From: Nemertoderma westbladi
Lineage: Eukaryota; Animalia; Xenacoelomorpha
NCBI GenBank assembly: GCA_032718475.1
Contig: JAUCBJ010005292.1
Location: 1 to 48,888, forward strand
Direction: 5' to 3'
DNA length: 48,888 nt
This document shows positions 13,550 to 24,325 of this stretch, piece after piece (the first letter of the stretch is position 1; each line of letters opens with the position of its first letter). Position numbers and translations under genes: made by a program. The notes below the pieces were generated by a model that was given only the letters and a program-made list of their open reading frames with translations, did no database searches and was not told where the DNA came from.

Positions 13550-14360
13550 AATGGACTACAGTACACGTTAAACAATTATTTATTTACATACAGTTAGTAA
13601 TCCCGTGCCTGTCACTGCAAACTGGATAATAAAGCAGCACTCATTAATATAATACATTCTGTAAGTAATAGGGTGATTGAAGTTGTTTCAATGTTATTGA
13701 TTACTTTGCAGCGTTCCGTCCTATAGGCCGCAACGCTGTAAAGTAATACTTTGTAGCGTTACGAGTAATTTACCACAACGCTGTTAAGTTGACATAATGT
13801 AACAATATAAAGAAAATTAATTTGAAATTGAAATCTATTCTAAAATTGTGTCATAAAATAAAAAAAACGGTGTGAAAAATTTATGAAGAAAAAATGTTTA
13901 TAAAATTAAGTACACATTAAAATATTCCTGGTACAGCGTAGGGTCAGCAATCAGCAGAAACTCAGCAGCAGTTAGGTGAGGCATGATGTGTCAGCTGGTC
14001 AGGGTGCAGGAAGCAGGGTCGGTCGGCACTCTTCTGCTCTTGTTGTTGAGTCTCACCCTTACTGCCTTACAGCCTTCCATTAGTGCCTTCAGCAGCCCTT
14101 TAACAGTTTAACTGTTTAATTGTTTAAGTTACAAAGTTCTGGATCTGGAGTTAGGCCTAAGCCTCCTAATTCAGTAATTCCATACTCCTAACTGCATTCC
14201 TCGCGCCTTACAGACTTACCCTTACCGTATGACTATGTCATGAACTATGTCACTGCACTCTGGCACTGTCAGACTCTGGACTAGGCCTATTTTAATAATT
14301 TGTAGCCTACTACTGTATTAGCATATATCTTAATTGGTGGAGGGAAGACAGGAAGAGGGA

Positions 14361-15534
14361 ATGCCAACTTGATGACGATCCTTTTAGAAAATGCAAAGCG
14401 TAATTCTGGTTCTGGTTATAAAACAGTTGATGAGAATGTCCAGGTGAGACTGTGAGACGTAAAAGTCCAAAGTCAGAGAGTTGGCGATCGGCAGATTGGC
14501 AATATGCTGAGCTGAGCTGAGCTGAGCTGAGCTGAGCTGAGCTGAGCTGAACTGATATTGTTGATTGTTGGTTACCGGTATTTAGTTATTTCGGATTTAG
14601 CGTTTAGAGTTGCTGTATAGACAGATAGAGTGTAGATGGCAGGTCAGGCTGTCAGGGTCAGCAGTTACCCTACAGCCCTACCCCTGTACTCGTCACTCGT
14701 TACGTGTTCAGGGTTAGGTGTTATATAATGTTACCTGCAATTGGGTGCAATTGATGTATAGGGCTGGCAGCCTTGGCTACTGGCAGATGTATCTATATTT
14801 GTTCGTGAATTTCTTTATTAGACCTCGAGCCGAAGATCTAATTCAATTTTTCAATTTGCAGAGATGCTGTCTAATAAAAGGGAAAGGCATTTGATATGGT
14901 ATGATTCTGATGGTCGGGTGATGTATGTTGTGCTTGGAACAGATTATGAAAATAATTAATCCATTCAGGCATTGTTCCTTCGAGTTTTACTCTGGATTCT
15001 GTTTCCAGAATTACAGTAGTCGTGTATGTTGTGTTCGATGTTCGAGGTCGATGGGATGTCTCTATTCCAGTATTCAGACAATTTCCATATACCGGTATCT
15101 AATTTTTCAGTATCCATTTTGGGTCAGCCTAATTATTCCATTTACATAATAACTGGGATGAATCTTCCGTGGATTAAGAGGGCTCTGCACCTGGGGGTGG
15201 GGAATTTGCCACCACTTACTCTTACCGGTAACACTTTTTACTTTACTTTACTGTATCCGACTTTAACTTTTTATCTTCCACCTACTTTATATCATACCTA
15301 CTTTATTCACTTAGAGCGGATTTGCCTTGGGTATAGGAAGCGGTTCCACAATCGTCTACGTTGTCGACAGATTATCCCAACTGGTTGCCTCGGGCAACCT
15401 CTCTCGGCTGACTTGCGTTCCTACCTCCTTCTGTCCTTCCAGTCCCACCAGTTAATCCTCGGCGCTAAACTCTGTCTAACCGACCTGGAATCCACCCCGG
15501 AGTTGGACGTCGTCATGGACGGAGCTGACGAGTT
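14361..15534 (+). pseudogene. RPIA: RPIA partial pseudogene (exon 1 14361-14443; truncated exon 2 15315-15534)
   Basis: Exon 1 reads ATG CCA ACT TGA because of indels. Exon 2 has an 8-nt insertion at 15432-15439 and is cut after DGADE. Confidence 0.9.
14506..14550. repeat. (GCTGA)n microsatellite
   Basis: About 9 perfect units; absent from the duplicate intron. Confidence 0.95.
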
Positions 15535-15556
15535 ATACATTTATTATACTATTATC

Positions 15557-15943
15557 ATGGGTGAGGTAGGAGGAGATGAGATTGTTGAGGATGGGAATGA
15601 GAACGAGATGATACTGGTGGCAATGTATGAGAGGGAGAAAGAAGAAGCGCGGGTGGAGAGGTTGTTAGATCCGAGAAACGAGTGGGAGGAGATTGAGAAA
15701 AATTATTATTTGGAGGAAGAGGAAAAGAAGAATAAGAGTGCGTGGGGAGAAGATTGGGAGTTGGAGATAGCAGCTGAGTCAGATAGGAGGGCGCGGGAGG
15801 CGGAGAGGTGTGCGCGGGAGAAGGTGATGGAAGAGACAATCGATATGTTGTTGGGAATGTTGGGTGGTGGTGGTGGTGGTGATGGGGATGATGTGGAGGA
15901 TGTAGAAGATTGGACAGATGGTGATAGTGGGATAAACGGGTGA
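15557..15943 (+). CDS. Hypothetical acidic (Glu/Asp-rich) 128-aa ORF of unknown origin
   Basis: ATG in ATCATGG context, purine-rich open frame, AATAAA at about 15999-16008. No recognisable domain. Confidence 0.3.
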   Translation: MGEVGGDEIVEDGNENEMILVAMYEREKEEARVERLLDPRNEWEEIEKNYYLEEEEKKNKSAWGEDWELEIAAESDRRAREAERCAREKVMEETIDMLLGMLGGGGGGDGDDVEDVEDWTDGDSGING

Positions 15944-16387
15944 GGTGGTGGAAGAAATTTTTAAAATAGTATATAATGGTGATGGATTTAAGTATAATAA
16001 TAAATAAAAAATAATATTACAAATACTATAACCTTACTTCATGGCTCGTCCGCAATAGTGTTGTTGCCTAGCGCTAATCAGTGTTTATTCACCTTTTTGT
16101 TGCTGCGTCTGTCATAGTCTATCATGTTAAAGACTTTACCAAACGTCTGCAACCCCACCCCCTTACTATGACGGGTTTTTAACTAATGTGGTTCAAGTAG
16201 TAGACGCGAATTAATTAAATTACTTCCGCGGACTGGCCTTATACCGCATATGTTACATATACACAATGGTAGTCATAGTAGGTGGGCGGGGCAAGAGCCG
16301 TTCGGTAAAGTCTTTAACATAGACGCTGTTCCAATTAAGTTGTTTACATTACTACTCATTATAATTCTGCCTTTGAGTAGAGGTGAG

Positions 16388-17407
16388 GGTGACTCGAATT
16401 TTGTTCCTGTTGATATTTTGCGAATTTTGTTCCTATTGCATTTTTGCGAATTTTGTTCCAACGGGTAGCGAACTTTGTTCCTCTACTTGCGAACTATGTT
16501 CCTATCGAATTTTCAAGGATAATTATGTTCCAATTATTGCGAACTTTGTACCTATCAATGCGAACTTTGTTGCTATCATTGCGAACTTAGTTCCCATCTC
16601 TGTAAGTTACTTTCAGTTTTTGGATTAGATTATTTATTACTAAGTTATATTTAGTACATCTTACTTAATGCGTAATTTACAATAAATTAATCCAACTAGT
16701 GACTGCATCCCTATAATATTTAATGTCAAAATTGATAAAATATAAAAATTGACCATTGGGGAGTATATAACGTTACCCAGTTGATGAGCCACGTTACCCT
16801 ACAACAAGTACATTACAACCTTTTTTATATCTATAGTATGTGGCAACAGTATCGGTATTTGTAGGTCCCGAGTGGTAGAGATATTCTACGCCAACGGAGA
16901 CTAGGAAACTGATGAATGCTTGGATGTTTCCTTTCAATTGTTTACCTTTAATTTCAAACTCCCAAATATTACCGTAATTATTGTTATCCTTTGGGACATA
17001 GGATAATCTGACACCAGGGCACGTATTACTAGTATGTATGTACGTTACCTACAAACTAAGTATTCTTTGTAAATCAATATATAATAACAAGTCAATATTT
17101 GTGCAAAACGCCCATATTAATATAATCCATAATTAAGTGGAACGGGCCTTGAGTAAGTAAAAGTTTCCTATTCAATCTAATACTATTGTGTTAAATCGTG
17201 GGAAAGTTGAGGCATGAAAGTTAATTTCTGCATTCGTGTTGTTATTCATCTACAGTAAGTTTAGCTACTGCAGTACTGTAAGTGTGAGTGGAACAAAATT
17301 CGTAGTCATGGGAACAAAGTTCGCAATATATTTGCAAAAAATTCGCAAAAATAGGAACAAAGTTCGCTGTGAATTGGAACAAAGTTAGGAACAAAGTTCG
17401 CGCTCCG
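16388..17407. mobile_element. Non-autonomous TIR element with GCGAA(C/T)TTTGTTCC subterminal repeats and 8-9 bp TSD
   Basis: GAGGTGAG(G) at 16380 and 17408, empty site at about 9413. Repeats are direct at 16395-16600 and inverted at 17290-17400. Confidence 0.8.
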
Positions 17408-19813
17408 GAGGTGAGGTGTGTGGTTGGACTGGTTCCCCTTCCAAGCTAGGCTAGGCATGATAGGCATCATGCTTGCTATTGCAAGCATGGCTCCCTCCGT
17501 CGTTGGCATGCTTGCTATTGCTATCATGCCGACGAAGGAGGGAGCTATACCTGGAGACGGGGCATTTTAATGAGTTAATTACGAGATCAATTAAAAACAC
17601 ATTTCTTAAAGCAAATCACTTGAACTAATTAAAAACTATAAATAGAATGGGGTATGGGGAATACAACTGTATAATTGTTAAGTATAATTATTTAAATCTT
17701 ATACTAGAAAATAATTAAATCCTTTAAGAGGCAGGTTGAAAATGCGGTTTTTACCCTAATCAACTTAATTAACTAATTAACTGCTATGATCTTAGCTTCT
17801 CGAAGGCCACACGGAAATTCACCTTGGAATATTTCTAAACTTTTGCCAGACTACATATGTAACAAGTTTGGATAGATTTCATTAACATTTGGCTGAGTTA
17901 TTAACGTTTAAAATTGAATCGACAGAACAACAGACACACCGATTGAGTTGGGGGTACCCGTATGCTAAGCTCGCTTAATTTCGTCGCTCGCCCCACAAAC
18001 AAGAACCAAATAATTCCTAATTAACTCAGTTGATTTCTAACCTACATAAATAATAATGATTTTCTTATTTCCGAAAAACTCTTCAAAATTTTTGTTTTTT
18101 TACTGATTTTTATTGGTTATTAGGGGCCTTAATTTACCAACTACTTCCTGATATCCTTCAGCAGCCAGCTGTGATGACATCATAAAGCGGGGCACTCAGA
18201 CAAAACACTTTCCTGAACTGGTTAGCGCTACTGATGTGGTCTGAACGTATAGTTAGTTGCATTACGCAAAGCAGTCCTGCTCTCATACCTATTGGCATTG
18301 GATCTGTTCAATATGTGTTTCGCATCAGCCTTGTGTCCTGCAATAAGTTAATAAGTCATAAGAGGGAAAGGGACCAAAGAAAATACCTAGTTACAGAGGC
18401 AAAGTACTGCTCCTCTAACATCTGGCAAAATCCAACACGTAGTAAGTGAGAACGTGCCCTAGTCACCACCACGTTAATCATAATAAAGTAGTTTCAGAAT
18501 CAGAGACCAATTATGGTGACAGAAAAAATATAGGTTTACTGAGAATTATTTCAGCCAATAGGCCTTCTATCAAACTCAATTCAGAATATATCACACAACA
18601 GAGAAACACATTATTATAGATATAGAATACAATTTGAATTTCCTTCTGATATTGCACCAAAAATTAAACGATCTGTTTCTAATTTTTATTGCACCAAATT
18701 GAATAAATATAATGTAAATTCATTTTAATTTGAATAATAACTATTTACATAATTGTGTGCAAAGTAGTACTTTGCAGCGTTGTGACCGAAGTTTATTTAT
18801 GTACCGAGCGAGCGCAGCGAGGGGGTTTACATAAATAAACAAGGGTCTTTAACGCTGAAAATTGACCTTTGCAAGCAATGATGTAAGTAATTTTGTTACA
18901 TTGTCTCAACTTATCAGCGCTCGGTATGTGAAGAAAGGATTTTATGGATGCTCATTTAAACATGTACTATTTCGAATATAAGTGAAATTTATTAACAGGT
19001 ACACACACAGTATTAATTATACATTTATATCTAATTAAAGTTTATTGTGTTATCATCTCCTGTATGGATGTGATAAAACTTTGATCCATCTTGACCTTTG
19101 TTGACTGAAGCAAAGCAAAGCAAGTGTTCAGTTTTACTGAACACTGTCGCCATTTTCTTTGCTCATTTTCTCTAAAGTGTTTCTATTGGACGTTTCGACA
19201 TAATGGAATACAGTACACGTTAAACAATTATTTACATACAGTAGCTAATCCCGTGCCTGTCACTGCAAACTGGATAATAAAGCAGCACTCATTAACATAA
19301 ATGGAAATAATACATTCTGGAATACGGTAATTTAAGTTGTTTACAGGTTATTGATTACTTTGCAGCGTTCCGTCCTATAGGTCGCAACGCTGCAAAGAAG
19401 TGCATTGCAGCGTTACGAGTAATTTACCAGAACGCTGTTAAGTTGACATAATGTAACAAATATAAAGAAAATTAATTTTAAATTGAAATCAATTCTAAAA
19501 TTGTGTCGTATAATAAAAAAACGGTGTGAAAAATTTATGAAAAAAAAAAGTTTATAAAATTAAGTACACATTAACATATTCCTGGTACAGCGTAGCGTAC
19601 AGGGGTAATTAGGGTCAGCAATCAGCAGAAACTCACAGCAGCAGCAGTTAGGTGAGGCATGATGTGTCAGCTGGTCAGGGAACAGGAAGCAGGGTCAGTC
19701 GGCACTCTTGAGTCTTACCCTTACAGCCTTCCATTAGTGCCTTCAGCAGCCCTTTAACAGTTTAATTGTTTAAGTTACAGAGTTCTGGAGTTAGGCCTAA
19801 GCCTAACTTTCTG

Positions 19814-21077
19814 ACAAGTCCCTAAAAGGTGCCACCCTTCTCCATAGCGCGGGAAATTCAAATGATTGAAAGACATGTAATTTGTAGTGGAAGCGGTGGC
19901 AGATCAGATCTGCCACCTATATTTTGGTGGTAAATTCAAATCTGTTTTAACATTGAATACATGAATAGATGAGTAAGACGAATGTAATTCATTGAATCAG
20001 AATAAATTATTTCTTATCGGTTTAATGCACTCATCCGTTATTGTTGTTGTTTTATCTAGTCTGGGACTTCGAGCAGCACGTGAACAACTAAGCTGACTGG
20101 TTAACTAGTCTGGGACTTCGAGCAGCACGTGAACAACTAAGCTGACTGGTTAAGTAGTCTGGGACTTCGAGCAGCACGTGAACAACTAAGCTGACTGGTT
20201 AAATAGTCTGGGACTTCGAGCAGCACGTGAACAACTAAGCTGACTGGTTAACTGGTTAAATGTAAAGAACATTTATTATTTGCTTGTATCAGTTATAATT
20301 ACATCAGAACATTATAATTATAACAATTATACACTTGTACCTAGTATATTAAAAGTAGATTTTAAGTAGATAGATGATAGATAGGCGCTGTGAATTGATA
20401 TTTTTTGGCGGTTGATTCAAATTACAGAATTATCATATTTCCATTACAAACTGAACACAGTATGCTGCAGTATGTACGTGGGCATGGGTACGTACTAAAA
20501 GGTCAAGGAGCTAGGGCAGTAGACTTCGTACCGTTCTTAACCAATCAACTTAGTTTGTTCACGTGCAGCTCGAAGTCCCAGACTAGTTAACCAGTGCAGC
20601 TTAGTTGTTCACGCGTGCTGCTCGAAGTCCCAGACTTGGTAACCAGCCAGTTTAGTTGTTCACGTGCTGCTTGAAGTCCCAGACTAGTTAACCAGTCAGC
20701 TTAGTTGTTCACGTGCTGCTCGAAGTCCCAGACTTGGTAACCAGCCAGTTTAGTTGTTCACGTGCTGCTCGAAGTCCCATACTAGTTAACCATTCAGCTT
20801 AGTTGTTCACGTGCTGCTCTAAGTCCCAGAATAGATAAAACAACAACAATAACGGATGATTGAGTTAAACCGATAAGAAATAATTTATTTTGATTCAATT
20901 AATTACATTAGTCTTTACTCTATTCATGACGTATTCAATGTTAAAACAGATTTGAATTAACCGCCAAAATATAGGTGGCAGATCTGATCTGCCACCCTTT
21001 CCAGTACAAAAAACATGTCTTTCAATCATTTGAATTTCCCGCGCTATGGAGCAGGGTGGCACCTTTTAGGGACTTAT
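19814..21077. mobile_element. Foldback/MULE-like element with long TIRs containing 49-bp tandem repeats, 9-bp TSD
   Basis: TIR A(C/T)AAGTCCCTAAAAGGTGCCACCC extends more than 400 bp, with 4 units on the left (20057-20252) and 6 inverted on the right (about 20538-20833). AACTTTCTG at 19805-19813 and 21078-21086. Confidence 0.9.
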
Positions 21078-21285
21078 AACTTTCTGGCTATCTGACGTTT
21101 TGGCCAGTCCGCCAGGTTTATGCGACCGCATTCCGCGCGACTTCTGGACTTAGAGACTTACCATACCAACTACTGAACTATGTTACTGCACTGTCAGACT
21201 ACTGGACTAGGCCTATTTTAATAATTTGTAGCCAATTATATCTTAATTGGTGCTTGGTGGTGGGAAGACAGGTAGCGTAGAGGGA

Positions 21286-21375
21286 ATGTCTTCCAAATCG
21301 ACCTCACTTGATGACGATCCTTTAGAAAATGCAAAGCGTAATTCTGGTTATAAAGCAGTTGATGAGAATGTCCAG
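21286..21375 (+). CDS. RPIA: Ribose-5-phosphate isomerase A, exon 1
   Basis: MSSKSTSLDDDPLENAKRNSGYKAVDENVQ followed by CAG|GTGAG; phase 0 matches exon 2. Confidence 0.85.
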
Positions 21376-22026
21376 GTGAGACTGTCAGACTGTGAGACTT
21401 GAAAGTACCCGTATGCCCGTTACTTGTTCAGGGTTAGGTGTTATATAATGTTACCTGCGATTGTTGTATAGGCCTGGGCTACTGGTAGATGTATCTATAT
21501 TTGTTCGTATATTTCTTTATTAGACCTCGTGCCAAAGATCTATTTCTGTAATTCAATTTTTCAATTTGCAGAGATGCTGTCTAATAAAAGGGAAAGGCAT
21601 TTGATATGGCCTGATGGTCGGGTGGTGTATGTCAGTGTATGTTGTGCTTGGAACAGATTAGGCCTATGAAAATAATTAATCCATTGTTCCTTCGAGTTTT
21701 ACTCTGGATTCTGTTTCCAGAATTACAGTAGTCGTGTATGTTGTGTTCGATGTTCGAGGTCGATGGGATGTTTCTACCTCAGACAATTTCCATAGGCATA
21801 TATCTAATGGACAGTATCAATTTTGGGTCAGTTTGGTTGGGCTCCCCCTAATTATTCCATTCACATAATAACTGGGATGAATCTTCCGTGCATTAAGAGG
21901 GCGCTCTGCACCTGGGGGTGGGGAATTTGCCACCACTTACTCTTACCGGTAACACTTTTTAGTTTTTACTTTACTTTACTGTATCCGACTTTAACTTTTT
22001 ATCTTCCACCTACTTTATTCACTTAG

Positions 22027-22340
22027 AGCGGATTTGCCTTGGGTATAGGAAGCGGTTCCACAATCGTCTACGTTGTCGACAGATTATCCCAACTGGTTGC
22101 CTCGGGCAACCTCTCTCGGCTGACTTGCGTTCCTACCTCCTTCCAGTCCCGCCAGTTAATCCTCCGCGCCAAACTCTGTCTAACCGACCTGGAATCCACC
22201 CCGGAGTTGGACCTCGTCATGGATGGAGCTGACGAGTTCGACCCCGGGTTGACGCTGATTAAAGGGGGAGGCGGGTGTCTCACCCAGGAGAAGATAGTGG
22301 CGTCGTGCACTAAGAAATTCCTTATTGTTTGTGACCATAG
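22027..22340 (+). CDS. RPIA: Ribose-5-phosphate isomerase A, exon 2
   Basis: TTAG acceptor; GIGSGST, PTSFQ, DGADE and [15 protein letters not shown] signatures; AG|GTAAGT donor, phase 2. Confidence 0.97.
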
Positions 22341-22350
22341 GTAAGTAAGT

Positions 22351-22599
22351 AGAGACGGGGGGGGGGGGGGGGAACTCGACGCAAAACCCGCCTTGGCGAA
22401 TTAATATCCCGCCTCAATGTTAAATTCTCAATTTAGGGAAAGGAGCAGGTTACAGTGGCACGTTATTTTAACCAAAACAATAAACTAAACACAATAGAAC
22501 AGGTTACAGTTTTATTTTTTAGAGTAATCAGCTGTTATTTGAGTCGAATTTCCCCTGGAGAGGGATGAATTTGTATTGCGTCCAGTTTCCCCCCTATCT
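22351..22599. mobile_element. Short MITE-like element at the start of RPIA intron 2
   Basis: Imperfect TIR GGGGGAACTCGACGCAA / TTGCGTCCAGTTTCCCCC. The internal core is shared with 30325-30412. Confidence 0.55.
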
Positions 22600-24183
22600 G
22601 AGTTAGTAAGTGCTGCAAAATTGTGTTTGTGATACGAAGAATATTTTTTAAATTAAATTTCCGTACATGAACTCTTGACTAAACCTAATTATCATAACAA
22701 TTGAACACTAACTATATATATACATACCGGTACTCGTGTGTAAAATAAATAGCTGTGAGCAGAATAATTTCGCATTTATGTCTTCTATAGATTATTCTAT
22801 AGTGCCCCCCCCCCCCCCCCCCCCCCCCCACCCCCCAACCCCAATAACACGAAATTCACAAAACTTCAGGCCAGTCGCCTAGGCCTGATATTACACAGTT
22901 AGTTAATATCGTATTTATGTCATAATAAATAATATACAATGTAATTGTGTCGACTTATCCTTAAATTTGTACAATAATTAAATGGATGGATAAACTGGTA
23001 ATGGTGGAAAAAATTACTATAGAATTTGTTACTCAAATAATGACTCAAATCAACTCAAATAAAGTATTTTTTACTCATATGATTACTATTGATTCATTAT
23101 TATTTTATACCGGTAAGATTAATTAAATTTATTGTTATTAAACTTTTTTGACTATTAAATTTAAATTTAGAAACTAAATTGTGAAACATTGCAGTGATGA
23201 TTAGGCCTAGTGTTGGTAGCATTAAAACTATTGATTCGAAAATATGAATTAAAATACAAAAATGAATTATTCGTATTATACGTTACGTTACGAAACCCAA
23301 TTTCAGTGTTGTATGTTTCCCCTTTTATTTGAGCTATATTTTCATCTGAGCTCAGTTTATTTTTTTCTCTCAATTTTTCTAACCAGTTTAAATTTCTAGC
23401 TTTGATTGAACTTGAGAAAGCCTTTCCTTTTTCGTTTAAATGTTCCTTTTCGAAATTTTGCTGTGTAGTATTATTAATATATTATGTATGTTTAATGGTA
23501 TTATAAGTACCACCGTATTAGCGTATTACGTTAATTTAGGACCAAAACAAGAATTCACTGACCTGCAAATATAATAATTGATTGGAGTGGGGGGGGGGGG
23601 GGGGGGGGGGCTTATGACGTAATGCTGATAAATAAATACATATAAAACACATTAAACATTTCCACTCGTCTCATCTCCACTCGCGGTTTTTGCTCGCTGA
23701 GCTCGCCTACAATTTGACCGATTTGATTAGCGTAACCATCTGAAACAGCTAAACAAGTGTGCTAACCAATAAATTTGACACACTGACCATTAAGAGGGGC
23801 TAACCCCCAGTATTTTAAGCACTGGGCCGTTCACTTTCACATGTGTTATAGGTTAATGACATTTATGGGCTGGGATTACTCTCTCTCACACTGTAGGCAA
23901 AGATCAGGTGAATTATATTTTGTTAAAATATCTTGTTTAGGAAAGTGAATATTATAGTTCCGAGGGCCTAGAGGGCCCAGAAACCGAGAAGTACTTTGTT
24001 TGCCAAATTTACTAAATATGTACACTTTAGCTTTAAGACGGCCATTTTCATCTGAGCACTATAAACATAAAATGCAAATAATTTTTGAAAATTTTTGTAA
24101 AATTATTATTTTTACTGTTTGACTATAGACGGTCTTCTTATAGCCAGCGTGCTGGCTTTCTATAGTTAATAATATTATTACAG

Positions 24184-24325
24184 GAAGGAATCAAAACAAA
24201 TCGGATTGAAATGGAAAAAAGGAATTCCTATTGAAGTTATTCCGATGGGCCATGTTCCGGTTGCTAGAAAGATAATGGCGAAGTTTGGGGGGACGGCGAA
24301 ACTGAGAGAGGCACTCAATAAAGCG
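24184..24325 (+). CDS. RPIA: Ribose-5-phosphate isomerase A, exon 3
   Basis: ACAG acceptor; [47 protein letters not shown]; GCG|GTGAGT donor. Phases 2 and 0 are consistent. Confidence 0.95.

Larger units (their letters stand above)
11441..15534 (+). repeat. Segmental duplication, copy 1 (partner 17997-22238)
   Basis: Colinear similarity from AAACAAGAACCAAATAATTCC (11441/17997) to GCTGACGAGTT (15534/22238). Similarity may extend to about 9390/16360, but that part lies inside repeat family A. Confidence 0.9.

Noticed and set aside
15026-15943. 305-aa ORF as a single real protein
   Set aside because: It is a composite of intron sequence, out-of-frame then in-frame RPIA pseudo-exon, and the acidic ORF.
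20057-20833. 49-bp repeats as a CRISPR array
   Set aside because: No unique spacers and no cas genes; the units are the inverted arms of a TSD-flanked foldback element.
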